Assembly (NCBI GenBank): GCA_037441905.1
Contig: JBBIRF010000003.1
Coordinates: forward strand, 39,690 to 103,689
Length of the DNA: 64,000 bases
Reading direction: 5' to 3'
From: Candidatus Aminicenantes bacterium
Lineage (GTDB): Bacteria > Acidobacteriota > Aminicenantia > Aminicenantales > CALLJL01
The notes beneath the pieces were generated by a model, which was given only the letters and a program-made list of their open reading frames with translations, was not told the origin of the DNA and searched no databases. This document shows positions 9,535 to 18,995 of this stretch, one piece after another; position 1 is the first letter of the stretch, and every line of letters starts with the position of its first letter. The translations under genes and the position numbers were made by a program.

Positions 9535-10373
9535 GCGGCAACTCAGACCGACGCATAGGTGTTTATATCTGTCACTGCGGCTCCAACATCGCGGCCACCG
9601 TGGATGTTGTCGCCGTCAGGGATTTCGCTAGCAAGTTGCCTGAAGTGGTTATCGCCCGGGAGTATAAGTTCATGTGTTCTGACCCGGGCCAGGAAATGAT
9701 TCGCCAGGATATAAAAGAGCTGGGGCTTAACCGGGTCGTCGTGGCCAGCTGTTCGCCTTTGATGCACGAGCCGACTTTCCAAAAAACCTGCGAGAGCGCC
9801 GGGCTTAATCGGTATCTTTTCCAGATGGCCAACATCCGGGAACACTGCTCCTGGGTTCATAAGGACAGGCAAGCCGCCACCGAGAAGGCCAAGTACCTGG
9901 TGGCCGCGGCTGTTCGGCGAGTTTATTACCATGAGCCGCTTGAACCGATGCGAGTGAAGATTAACCCCGCCACCTTGATTGTCGGCGGCGGCGTGGCCGG
10001 GATTCAGGCTGCTTTGGAGATTTCGGAGGCTGGTCACGAGGTTTATCTCGTCGAAAAAGAACCCTCTATCGGCGGCCGGATGGCTGCCCTTGACAAAACC
10101 TTCCCGACTCTCGATTGTGCGGCTTGCATCCTGACTCCGAAGATGGTCAGCGTGGGGAGCCGGCCAAATATTCATCTCCTTAGCTACAGCGAGGTTGAAG
10201 AAGTTACTGGCTCCCTGGGCAAGTTCAAAGTCAAGATAAGACGCAAACCTCGGTATGTAAACGAGACTAAATGCACGGGTTGCGGGCTGTGCTATTCATC
10301 CTGCCCCGCGGTCAGAATTCCCACCCGCCGAGTGGTGAAGCTCGGCGACCGCGTCCTCAAAGAAATCGCCTGA
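9531..10373 (+). CDS. HdrA-like flavoprotein, N-terminal fragment only (Cys-cluster domain + FAD Rossmann + first ferredoxin CxxCxxCxxxCP), 280 aa
   Basis: GVYICHCGSNI...SCSP, LIVGGGVAGIQAALE...VYLVEKEPSIGGRMA, CTGCGLCYSSCP; ATGA overlap with hdrB stop; lacks CVGSRD/YCSRxCC half found in the downstream fusion. Confidence 0.7.
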   Translation: MSGNSDRRIGVYICHCGSNIAATVDVVAVRDFASKLPEVVIAREYKFMCSDPGQEMIRQDIKELGLNRVVVASCSPLMHEPTFQKTCESAGLNRYLFQMANIREHCSWVHKDRQAATEKAKYLVAAAVRRVYYHEPLEPMRVKINPATLIVGGGVAGIQAALEISEAGHEVYLVEKEPSIGGRMAALDKTFPTLDCAACILTPKMVSVGSRPNIHLLSYSEVEEVTGSLGKFKVKIRRKPRYVNETKCTGCGLCYSSCPAVRIPTRRVVKLGDRVLKEIA

Positions 10374-10410
10374 AGGCGCAGTAATGAGGAAAGAAGAAGG
10401 AGGCAAGAAG

Positions 10411-10920
10411 ATGGGAGACAAACTCGAGCTCGTCCAGAAAATCTTAGAAAAATGGCAGTTCCGGAAGGATTTCTTGATCGAAATTCTCCAGGACATCCAG
10501 GATGAGTTTCGCTATCTGCCTCATCACGCCCTGGCAGAGGTGGCCCGCTGGCTTGACCTCCCGCTGAACCAGGTTTATGAGGTGGCTACTTATTATAAGG
10601 CCTTCAGCCTCGAGCCCAAGGGAAAATTTCAAATAAGCATCTGTCAGGGGACGGCCTGCCATGTCCGGGGGGCGGCGACAGTTCGCGGTGCCTTCGAGCG
10701 AGAGCTGGGGATTAAACTCGGCGAAACCGACAAGAACCTGGAGTTCAGCCTGGAAGCGGTGCGTTGTTTGGGCTGCTGCGGGTTAGCGCCTGTTGTTACT
10801 GTAAACCAGGATATCTATGGGAAGATTGAGGCGAGCGAAGTACCCAAAATAATCGAGAAATACAGAAAAAGTAGCGGCCAGGTTAAAACCACGGCAACCC
10901 CCGCCAAAGGAGGCCGATGA
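10411..10920 (+). CDS. NuoE-like thioredoxin-fold [2Fe-2S] subunit
   Basis: CQGTACHVRG ... CLGCCGLAPV motifs; RBS GAAGGAGG before ATG 10411. Confidence 0.75.
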   Translation: MGDKLELVQKILEKWQFRKDFLIEILQDIQDEFRYLPHHALAEVARWLDLPLNQVYEVATYYKAFSLEPKGKFQISICQGTACHVRGAATVRGAFERELGIKLGETDKNLEFSLEAVRCLGCCGLAPVVTVNQDIYGKIEASEVPKIIEKYRKSSGQVKTTATPAKGGR

Positions 10921-12791
10921 TGAAAAAGCTGACGGTCGAAGACTTAAGCCGGATAAAGAAGAAGCGGCTCGAGGAGACGGCTCTGGGTGAAGCCGGGCCT
11001 TATCGAGCCCGAATCATCGTCCATCTCGGCACCTGCGGGTTAAGTGCCGGCGCCGGAGCTGTTCTGGAGGCTTTTGAAGCCCAGGTGGCCGCTCACCCTC
11101 AAGCCAAGGTTCATCTGCGCAAATGCGGCTGTGGCGGGTTCTGTGCCCGGGAGCCGATGGCCCAGGTTGAGGTTTTTGGGATAGAGCCGGTGATTTATAC
11201 CGACCTTAAGCCCAAGGATGCCAAACAGATTTTCGAAGAGCATGTGTTGAAAGGGAAGGTGGTCGAAGCTAAACGTCTACCCAAGGAGGAGCCTTTCTTT
11301 TCCCGCCAGCATTTCATCGTCCTCCGGAACCGAGGCCTGGTTGACCCGGAGAACATCGAGGACTACATCGCCCAGGATGGCTACACCGCCCTGGCCAAAG
11401 TATTGACCTCGATGTCTCCCGAGCAAGTAATCGCTGAAGTCAAAGCCTCGGGGTTGCGCGGCCGGGGCGGCGGAGGGTTCCCTACCGGCGTAAAGTGGGA
11501 GACATGCCGGCATGCGGGCGAGGAGAGAGGGGAGGAGCGATTTGTTATCTGCAATGCAGACGAAGGCGACCCCGGAGCTTACATGGACCGGAGCGTGATT
11601 GAATCCGACCCTCATGCGGTGATTGAAGGAATGATTATCGGCGCTTATGCTATCGGGGCCAAACAGGGCTATGTTTATATCCGCAAAGAGTACCCGATTG
11701 CTCTCGAGAAATTGAACCTGGCCTTAGACCAGGCGAGAGAATACGGTCTTCTTGGCGAGAAAATTCTCGGGACAGAATTTAGCTTTGATATCGAGGTCCA
11801 CCGGGGGGCGGGTGCTTTTGTTTGCGGCGAGTCAACGGCTTTGATGGCTTCGCTCGAGGGCCGAGCCGGCATTCCCCGCGCTAAATATATCCACACTGTG
11901 GAGTACGGCCTCTGGAATAAGCCGAGCTGCTTGAATAACGTCGAAACCTGGGCGAACGTCCCGGTGATAATAAACAAAGGAGCCTCATGGTTTACGCAGA
12001 TTGGGACAGGAGATGTAACCAATAACCCCTGGGGAGGGAGCAAGGGGACAAAAGTGTTTAGCTTGACGGGCAAAGTAAAGAACACTGGCCTGATCGAAGT
12101 GCCGATGGGGATTACCTTGCGGGAAATAATTTTTGACATCGGCGGCGGCATCCCCAACCAGAAGAAGTTCAAGACCGTCCAGACAGGAGGGCCGTCAGGC
12201 GGGTTCCTGCCCGAGAGCCTGCTCGACCTGCCGGTAGATTTTGACAGCTTGACAGAGGCCGGGTCGATGATGGGTTCGGGCGGGATGATTGTCGGCGACG
12301 AAGATACGTGCATGGTTGACATGGCCAAGTATTTCATCAATTTCCTGCTCGAGGAATCTTGCGGCAAATGTGTTCCCTGCCGGGAAGGGTTGCGCTCGAT
12401 GCATGCTATCCTCGAGCGGATTACCCATGGTCAGGGCAAAGAGAGTGACCTCGACGCTCTGATGGACCTTTCCAAGGCAATGATTCAATCTTCCCTCTGC
12501 GCCCTCGGCCAGAGTGCTCCCAACCCGGTTTTGACTTCCATTAAGTATTTCCGGGAAGAGTATGAAGCTCATATTCGGAACCACAAATGCCCGGCTGGAG
12601 TCTGTCCCGACCTTTACGAGATGACCATCATTCCCGAGCTATGCACCGGATGTATGGTCTGCGCTCGCTACTGCCCGACGAAAGCCATTGCGGGAGAGAA
12701 GCAAAAACCGCATCAAATTGACCGCAGCAAGTGTATCAAGTGCAATGTTTGCTATTCCCTCTGTAAGTTTAACGCCATCAAAAAAATTTAG
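10917..12791 (+). CDS. NuoF-like NADH-binding FMN/[4Fe-4S] subunit with N-terminal Trx-like Fdx domain and C-terminal 2x[4Fe-4S]
   Basis: GRGGGGFPTGVKWE FMN motif, ESCGKCVPCREG, C-terminal CTGCMVCARYCP / CIKCNVCYSLC. Confidence 0.8.
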   Translation: MMKKLTVEDLSRIKKKRLEETALGEAGPYRARIIVHLGTCGLSAGAGAVLEAFEAQVAAHPQAKVHLRKCGCGGFCAREPMAQVEVFGIEPVIYTDLKPKDAKQIFEEHVLKGKVVEAKRLPKEEPFFSRQHFIVLRNRGLVDPENIEDYIAQDGYTALAKVLTSMSPEQVIAEVKASGLRGRGGGGFPTGVKWETCRHAGEERGEERFVICNADEGDPGAYMDRSVIESDPHAVIEGMIIGAYAIGAKQGYVYIRKEYPIALEKLNLALDQAREYGLLGEKILGTEFSFDIEVHRGAGAFVCGESTALMASLEGRAGIPRAKYIHTVEYGLWNKPSCLNNVETWANVPVIINKGASWFTQIGTGDVTNNPWGGSKGTKVFSLTGKVKNTGLIEVPMGITLREIIFDIGGGIPNQKKFKTVQTGGPSGGFLPESLLDLPVDFDSLTEAGSMMGSGGMIVGDEDTCMVDMAKYFINFLLEESCGKCVPCREGLRSMHAILERITHGQGKESDLDALMDLSKAMIQSSLCALGQSAPNPVLTSIKYFREEYEAHIRNHKCPAGVCPDLYEMTIIPELCTGCMVCARYCPTKAIAGEKQKPHQIDRSKCIKCNVCYSLCKFNAIKKI

Positions 12792-12800
12792 GAGGCAGCC

Positions 12801-14576
12801 ATGGATGAGAAGAAAATCGTTACCCTCAAGATAGATGGTCATGAGGTGCAGGCGGAAAGAGGGACACCCATCATCAAACTGGCCTCGAAGCTTGGCATTT
12901 ATATTCCAACCCTTTGTCATAATGATTTCGTCGAGCCTTACGGAAGCTGCCGGGTTTGCTCGGTGGAGATGCGAAGAGGGAAGCGGAAAAGGCTGGTTAC
13001 TGCCTGTAATTACCCGGCCCAGCAGGGGGAGGAAATTTATACCGATACCGAGTGGGTGAGGGAAAACAGGCGGTTAATTCTTGAGCTGTTGCTGGCTCGT
13101 TGTCCGGAAGTGCCAGTCATTAAAGAAATGGCCGCCGCCTACGGAGTGACTGACACCCGGTTTGAAAAACTGAACTCTGATTGTATCAACTGCGGGCTAT
13201 GTGTCCGCGTATGTTCCGAGGTCGTCGGAGCCAATGCCATCGGGTGGGCAGGCCGGGGCGTCAACCGAGAAGTTACCACTCCTTTCGAGCTTAAACCCGA
13301 GGCTTGCATCGGCTGTGGCGCCTGTGCCGCGGTTTGTCCAACCGGACGAATCAGGGTTGAGCCTCTGTGGCAGACCAAAGAGGGTGAAGTTAGAGAATTT
13401 ACCCTCGGGCCGACAAGCGCCATTTATATTCCCACCTATCAGGCTGTTCCGAAGGTTCCGGTTATCGACCGCAATGCCTGTATCCACTTCAAGACAGGCG
13501 GATGTCAGGTGTGTGTGCGGGTTTGCGAACCGAAAGCGATTGACCATAACCAGGAGGAGAGGCTGGAAGAGGTCGAGGTTGGCCAGGTCTTAATCACCAC
13601 CGGTTACGACATCTTCGACCCCCGGGAGATGAAACAGTACGGCTACGGAATTTTAGACGACGTCTACAGCAGCCTGGAAATGGAATATCTGTTTAATTCG
13701 AGCGGCCCGACTTACGGCCGGGTTTTGATGAAAAACGGCCAGGAGCCGCGGTCAATCGGGATTATTCATTGTGTCGGGTCAAGAGATGTCAACCATCATC
13801 CCTACTGTTCCCGCATTTGCTGCATGTATGCCCTGAAATTTGCTCATCTGATTAAAGATAGGTCGACGGCCGATGTCTATCAGTTTTACATCGACATGAG
13901 AGCCTTCGGTAAAGGCTACGAAGAATTTTTCACCCGGATTCTGGACGAAGGAGTCAACGTCATCCGGGGACGGGTAGCGGAGGTAGTAAAGGCCGGGCCG
14001 GAAAAAGCGGCTGAAGGCAAGCTCTTGATTCGTTGCGAGGATACGCTCGTGCATCAGTTCCGAGAAATTCCCGTAGATATGGTAATCCTTTGCAGCGCGG
14101 TTGAACCAAGAAAAGACGCCGACCGGGTGCAGCGGCTTTTCACCCTCAGCCGGAGTCCAGACGGGTTCTTCCTGGAGAAACATCCGAAGCTCGACCCGAC
14201 GGCGACACCCACCGACGGCGTTTACATTGCCGGCTGTTGCCAGGGGCCGAAGGATATTCCTGATACCGTAGCTCAGGCGAGTTCAGCCGCCGCCCGGATT
14301 TTGGCTACGATTGCCAAAGGCGTGGTTGAAGTCGCCCCCATTGTCGCCCATATTGACCCCGAGGTTTGTGCCGGCTGCCGCCTTTGCCTTAACCTCTGCC
14401 CGTACGGGGCCATAGAATATCTTGAATCAGAAGGCGTCAGCCGCGTTAATGAAGCCTTGTGCAAAGGATGTGGCACCTGTGTTTCTGCCTGTCCGAGCGG
14501 GGCTTCTACCCAGCGGCATTTTCGTGACGAGCAGATTTTCGCCGAGATTGAAGGCATTCTTTTCCAGCCCCGTTGA
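12801..14576 (+). CDS. Fusion: NuoG-like N-terminus (2Fe-2S + 4Fe-4S) + HdrA C-terminal half (FAD domain part 2 + C-terminal ferredoxin)
   Basis: CHNDF..CRVCSVE 2Fe-2S, CINCGLCVRVC, CIGCGACAAVCP, then HdrA motifs HCVGSRD...YCSRICCMYALKFAHLIKD and C-terminal CAGCRLCLNLCP / CKGCGTCVSACP. Confidence 0.7.
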   Translation: MDEKKIVTLKIDGHEVQAERGTPIIKLASKLGIYIPTLCHNDFVEPYGSCRVCSVEMRRGKRKRLVTACNYPAQQGEEIYTDTEWVRENRRLILELLLARCPEVPVIKEMAAAYGVTDTRFEKLNSDCINCGLCVRVCSEVVGANAIGWAGRGVNREVTTPFELKPEACIGCGACAAVCPTGRIRVEPLWQTKEGEVREFTLGPTSAIYIPTYQAVPKVPVIDRNACIHFKTGGCQVCVRVCEPKAIDHNQEERLEEVEVGQVLITTGYDIFDPREMKQYGYGILDDVYSSLEMEYLFNSSGPTYGRVLMKNGQEPRSIGIIHCVGSRDVNHHPYCSRICCMYALKFAHLIKDRSTADVYQFYIDMRAFGKGYEEFFTRILDEGVNVIRGRVAEVVKAGPEKAAEGKLLIRCEDTLVHQFREIPVDMVILCSAVEPRKDADRVQRLFTLSRSPDGFFLEKHPKLDPTATPTDGVYIAGCCQGPKDIPDTVAQASSAAARILATIAKGVVEVAPIVAHIDPEVCAGCRLCLNLCPYGAIEYLESEGVSRVNEALCKGCGTCVSACPSGASTQRHFRDEQIFAEIEGILFQPR

Positions 14577-14708
14577 AGGTCAGAAGCAAAAACGAGGATT
14601 TTCAGGCTGGCCATTGCGGTCTTAACATCGTAGCGGAAGCCGAATCATAATTTGCCCCGCCGGGAAGCATATCTCCCTATCGTTAAACGAGAGGGCAGGA
14701 AGTTTTTC

Positions 14709-15062
14709 CTATTCAGGCTGGAGCTCTGCTTCCAGGCTCACCAGGGTCAGGTCTGTTCCGTCGAGGATGGCTACGTCGGTAGACTGACAGACTGGACAAA
14801 CAAGCGGCCAATCTTCTCGGGTTGCCTCTTGGCCGCAACGCCGGCAGCGGAACTTCACCGGCACGACTTCCAGCACAAGGGTAGCCTCGGAGGCGAAAGT
14901 ACCCTTTTTGTAGACGTCAAAGGCTGTCTGCAAGCATTCCGGAACGACGCCGGCAAAAAGACCGCAGCGGAGTTTGATTTGAGTTATCCGGCTAATTTTC
15001 TCTTCGGCCACCTTGGCTTCGAGGATATCAAAAAGGCTGGCAACCAAGGAAAGTTCATGCAC
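14709..15062 (-). CDS. hypA: [NiFe] hydrogenase nickel-insertion protein HypA
   Basis: MHELSL... N-terminus and CRRCG...CPVC zinc-finger. Confidence 0.85.
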   Translation of the reverse strand: MHELSLVASLFDILEAKVAEEKISRITQIKLRCGLFAGVVPECLQTAFDVYKKGTFASEATLVLEVVPVKFRCRRCGQEATREDWPLVCPVCQSTDVAILDGTDLTLVSLEAELQPE

Positions 15063-15741
15063 GGGTTTTTCCTAACTGCTGACGGCGTTCTAAGAGAAAC
15101 CGGCTAAACTCTTCGATTCCCTCGCCCGTCACCGCGGAGGTACAGAAGATTTTCAGCCCCGGGTTTATCTCCAGCGCCTCCTTTTTCACTTTCCCCAGGT
15201 CGTAGGGAACGTAACCGAGCAAATCAAGCTTGGTGACCACAAGACACTGGGCAGTAAGGAACGCCTTGGGATATTTCTTTGGTTTGTCTTCGCCTTCGGG
15301 GACCGAAAGGAGGACGCAGCGGAGGCTCTCTCCCAGGTCGTAAGAAGCAGGGCAGACGAGGTTGCCAACATTTTCGATAAAAAGAAACTCGGTCTCGGGA
15401 GGGATTTCTTTTACCAGACGTCCGACCATCCTGGCCTCTAAGTGGCAGGCGCCGCCCGTCGTTATTTGCCACGCGGGAACTCCCTTGGCTCTGATTCTGG
15501 CAGCATCCCGGTCAGTTTCGATATCTCCCTCGATGACCGCCAGCCGATGGCGAGGGAAAAGGAGGTCGATGATTTTTTCCAGAAGAGTCGTTTTCCCCGA
15601 CCCGGGGGAGCTCATAAAATTAACCGTCAAAATGTTTTGTTCTTCGAAAAAACGACGAATTTCAGCCGCAATTTTCTTGTTTGACCCGAGAAGGTCCTCA
15701 AGAACGTCAATTTCTTTTCGACTCATGAGCGATAGGGACAA
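15055..15741 (-). CDS. hypB: [NiFe] hydrogenase accessory GTPase HypB
   Basis: GSGKTTLL P-loop, CxxC(H) region GGACHLE, 8-nt overlap with hypA. Confidence 0.85.
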   Translation of the reverse strand: MSLSLMSRKEIDVLEDLLGSNKKIAAEIRRFFEEQNILTVNFMSSPGSGKTTLLEKIIDLLFPRHRLAVIEGDIETDRDAARIRAKGVPAWQITTGGACHLEARMVGRLVKEIPPETEFLFIENVGNLVCPASYDLGESLRCVLLSVPEGEDKPKKYPKAFLTAQCLVVTKLDLLGYVPYDLGKVKKEALEINPGLKIFCTSAVTGEGIEEFSRFLLERRQQLGKTRA

Positions 15742-16204
15742 GTCCCAAAATGGATTTTATTCGGGCTAAAATTTCCGGGATTTTGGCTTTCATCTCCGGC
15801 GATAAACCTTCGCCGAGATGGTAGATGTTTTTCGCCTCCACGGCAATGATCATCAGTTCCCTGGGAACAGGAAGGCCAGCTGCCCGGCCGATGGCTAATA
15901 CCTGGGGGAAAGAGAGATAATGAGGCGAAGGTCCGGGGATAGCCCTTAAGTCTTTCTCTTCGAGAACCCGGACAGCACCCGTTTTCGGGTTTTCGAGTTT
16001 GATGGTGTCGATGATGACCAACCGGTCATACCCCAGGACGAGGTCAAGGAGGGCCAATCCGGAAGAGGTTGAGGCTAAAAAATCAATCGAGCCTGAGGAA
16101 ACTTCCTGGCCGGACATTTCTGCTTGCAAACAGTTGACGAGATGGAGGCCGACGCCGTCGTCTCCGAAAAGGTCGTTTCCGAGGCCAAGAACCAGGGTCC
16201 TCAT
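15707..16204 (-). CDS. Hydrogenase maturation endopeptidase (HybD/HycI/FrhD family)
   Basis: MRTLVLGLGNDLFGDDGVG N-terminus, Asp (VIIDTIK) and His (PHYLSF) positions conserved. Confidence 0.8.
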   Translation of the reverse strand: MRTLVLGLGNDLFGDDGVGLHLVNCLQAEMSGQEVSSGSIDFLASTSSGLALLDLVLGYDRLVIIDTIKLENPKTGAVRVLEEKDLRAIPGPSPHYLSFPQVLAIGRAAGLPVPRELMIIAVEAKNIYHLGEGLSPEMKAKIPEILARIKSILGLVPIAHESKRN

Positions 16205-17307
16205 TATTTTTCTGCTCGGACGGGAAGTATGACTGTAAAAGTGCTGCCTTTGTCGACTTCACTCTTTACCTCGATTGTTCCGTCATGCGCCTCGATTATT
16301 TTCTTGGCGATAGATAACCCGAGGCCTGTGCCTTTGGTCATCCCCCGTCCTGTCCCGGGCACTCGATAGAATTGGTCGAAAATGAACGGTAGATGTTCAG
16401 GGGGAATACCTACGCCTGTATCCTGGATGTCGACGCCAACCTTTCCGTCGACCTGTCTTATTCGCAGAATAACTGAGCCTCCCGGACGGTTGTACTTAAT
16501 CGCGTTATGGATGAGGTTGGCCAGGGCTTGTTCGAGGCTCGCTTCATCGGCCATGATTATATCGGCAGGGGCAGTTTTTTCCAGACTTAAAGAAACCTTG
16601 TTTTCGCCAGCCAGGGGTTTGAAAGTCTCCATCTGGCGCCGCAGGATTGCCTCCAATGACACAGGCTTAAACTTGGCAATTAGTTCATTCTTGTTAATCC
16701 TGGCGAGGTCAAGCCAGTCGTTGATCAGATGAAGAAGACTGTCCAGCCTCTCTCTCACCCTTAAAATCATGTCTTTTATCGTCGGCGGAATTTCGCCGGC
16801 ATACCCGCCGAGGATGGTTTCGAAGTATTGCTGGATTGAAACGAGCGGGCTGCGGAGTTGATGGGTAACAAGCGTGATAAAATTTTCCTCCAGGAGCTTT
16901 TTCTCCCGTCGGAGTTTTTCCGCCTCCCGGGCGAGCTCCCTTCTTTCCAAGGCCCGTCGGATAATTACCCGCAGCTCCTCGGGAGTGAAGGGTTTCGGAA
17001 GAAAATCATAAGCCCCTTTTTTCATCGCTTCGACGGCTGATTCCACGGTGGCATACCCGGTGATGACAATCGGGATGATTTCCGGGTCGACCTCCTTAAT
17101 CCTGTCAAGAACATCAAACCCGCTGAGGCCGGGCATTTTAAGGTCGACTAAGGCAATATCGGGCTTGATGGCGGCGGCTTTATCCAGGCCGGTCTGTCCG
17201 TCAGCCGCCAGTTCCACCTGGAAACCATGCCGGGTTAGAATTTGCGAACACGAATCGCGCATCGATTCTTCATCGTCGATAACCAGGACCAAAGGCTTTT
17301 TTTCCAT
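16204..17307 (-). CDS. Hybrid two-component protein: N-terminal receiver + HisKA + HATPase_c
   Basis: Receiver DDEESMRD...DLKMPG, H-box LVTHQLRSPL, G-boxes DTGVGIP / GTGLGLSIAKKI. Confidence 0.75.
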   Translation of the reverse strand: MEKKPLVLVIDDEESMRDSCSQILTRHGFQVELAADGQTGLDKAAAIKPDIALVDLKMPGLSGFDVLDRIKEVDPEIIPIVITGYATVESAVEAMKKGAYDFLPKPFTPEELRVIIRRALERRELAREAEKLRREKKLLEENFITLVTHQLRSPLVSIQQYFETILGGYAGEIPPTIKDMILRVRERLDSLLHLINDWLDLARINKNELIAKFKPVSLEAILRRQMETFKPLAGENKVSLSLEKTAPADIIMADEASLEQALANLIHNAIKYNRPGGSVILRIRQVDGKVGVDIQDTGVGIPPEHLPFIFDQFYRVPGTGRGMTKGTGLGLSIAKKIIEAHDGTIEVKSEVDKGSTFTVILPVRAEK

Positions 17308-17779
17308 CGGGGCTTCCTCCGGTGTTCTTCCTCCGTTATTTTAGCCTAAAACTCACGGTTCGGGTAGCTTATTTTTTGGGCGCCGTTCCCTCTTGATAAA
17401 GTCTTCCCTTTGCCATTAGCCATCTCTTTTGGTCTTTACGAGGGTCTTATGATTGCCCGGTTAGGGTTACGCTAAATAAAGCAAGGGATGAATTATTCAA
17501 CGAGATTGCAGCTTATTTCCTATTCTCTTTTTCTTCTAACCAAGAAGCGGGTTTGACCTGCCCTCAAGACAAGTTTTGTTGCTAATCAACCAACGGAAGC
17601 AGCCTGGTTTTCGTTCACAATATCAGGGCGCTTCGGATAATGAGTCATTTTTTTGAAGCCAATAAGGCTCTTTTGGCTGGCTAAAGAAGCTTTGAAACCC
17701 GAAATTTATAAAGAGCAATACCTCCTAATTTCAGCTCTTTTTATCAAAATTTCCCTGTCAATCGTCCGGTTGTTCTTCT

Positions 17780-18184
17780 TTATTTTTTCAGGAGCTTTTC
17801 GATGCGCGCCAAGAGGTCGGCAGCCACCACCGGCTTGTCGATGTAATCATCCGGACCAACCATGCCCTGCTCTTCGCCCTTGAATTGAAAACGGGTTCCC
17901 GCAATTTCTTTAACGGCCGAGACAAAGATAATCGGCGTCTCTTTGAATTCTTTGAACTCTTTCGAGGTTTTAATCGCGTGGCAGAGGGAGAAACCATCGA
18001 ACAGGCTGTCCATCATAATGTCAAGCAGAATCAAGTCTGGCTTTTCGCTGAAGATTTTTTCCTTGGCTTCCTTCGGGTTAGCCGCTGTCGCTACCTCATA
18101 AAGAGCTGATTTCAGGATGGGAGTAACGGCAGCGATAAAATCAGGGTCGTCATCGATGACCAGGATTTTTTTGGGAGTAGCCAT
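17780..18184 (-). CDS. Single-domain CheY-like response regulator receiver
   Basis: KKILVIDDDPDF ... LILLDIMM receiver motifs, 134 aa. Confidence 0.7.
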   Translation of the reverse strand: MATPKKILVIDDDPDFIAAVTPILKSALYEVATAANPKEAKEKIFSEKPDLILLDIMMDSLFDGFSLCHAIKTSKEFKEFKETPIIFVSAVKEIAGTRFQFKGEEQGMVGPDDYIDKPVVAADLLARIEKLLKK

Positions 18185-18573
18185 TAATTATTCCTCCTTT
18201 CTTCTTGAATAAAGGCATTTTTTATTGCCAGTTTTAACTCTTCCAGACCGAATGACTTGATAAAATAAAAAAAGATATCTTGTTCCCGCACCTTGGCTTC
18301 GAGCTTTTTCGAGTTTTTCTTGGTCATCATTATTACCTTAAGCTTTGGGTCAAGACTTTTCAAGATAGAAACAGCTTCGTATCCTTTCATCTCGGGAAGG
18401 TCGACCTCCAGCAGAAGGCAGTCGTAGCTGCCCTCGCTTATTTTCTTGATCGCCTCGGAAAGGTTTTTCCCTGTATCGACGCTGTAGCCATCATTTTCAA
18501 CCTGAGCTGCCAGGTCTTTTCTTTCCCGCGGGTCCGGGTCGATTATAAGGATTTTTTTCTCCGCCGACGTCAT
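18184..18573 (-). CDS. Single-domain response regulator receiver (start at MTSAEKKILIID, ATG 18573)
   Basis: Receiver motifs ILIIDPDPRERKDL ... LLLEVDLPEMKG; GGAG RBS before internal ATG; upstream part of ORF-track ORF lacks homology. Confidence 0.6.
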   Translation of the reverse strand: MTSAEKKILIIDPDPRERKDLAAQVENDGYSVDTGKNLSEAIKKISEGSYDCLLLEVDLPEMKGYEAVSILKSLDPKLKVIMMTKKNSKKLEAKVREQDIFFYFIKSFGLEELKLAIKNAFIQEERRNN

Positions 18574-18904
18574 GGCCAGCTCCCTACACTCAGGGATAGA
18601 GCAATTAACGTGCCAATTTAGCACCCGCCGCAGGGGCAGTAGCCATGCTAAATTATTGAAAATAAAGGATTTATTTTGGAGGAAAGACTGGCCGGAAGTG
18701 ATTCCTGGGAATAAATTATACCCTGAGGTATTTCTCCCCATCCTTATTCCAGAATTGCCACCTTATCGAAAGAAGAATAGAATCTTATCAAAATAAGTAT
18801 TTTCCGACAATAAAAAAAGCTTGCTTTTTTTCATTTTTTCGTATTAGGAATAGAAAGCAGGCAGACGTCCAGTGGCCTGGGGATTGATGCAGGATTAAAA
18901 GGCA

Positions 18905-18995
18905 GGCAGAGCAGCCTCCGGGCTGCTCTGTGGTCTTTTTGACCACTGGACGGGTGGGGCCAACCCCGAAAAGCGGGGCTGGCCCCATCTTTTTA
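18905..18995. terminator. Cluster of three stem-loops (CAGAGCAGCC-tccg-GGCTGCTCTG; TGGTC-ttttt-GACCA; GGGGCCAACCCCG-aaaa-GCGGGGCTGGCCCC followed by ATCTTTTTATTTC)
   Basis: Perfect/near-perfect GC-rich inverted repeats read directly; directly downstream of minus-strand hydrogenase operon stop (18993); T-tract on plus side, weaker U-tract on minus side. Confidence 0.5.

Noticed and set aside
14577-14708. Intrinsic terminator between convergent NuoG/HdrA fusion and hypA
   Set aside because: No clear GC-rich hairpin with a U-tract found by eye in the 130-bp gap.
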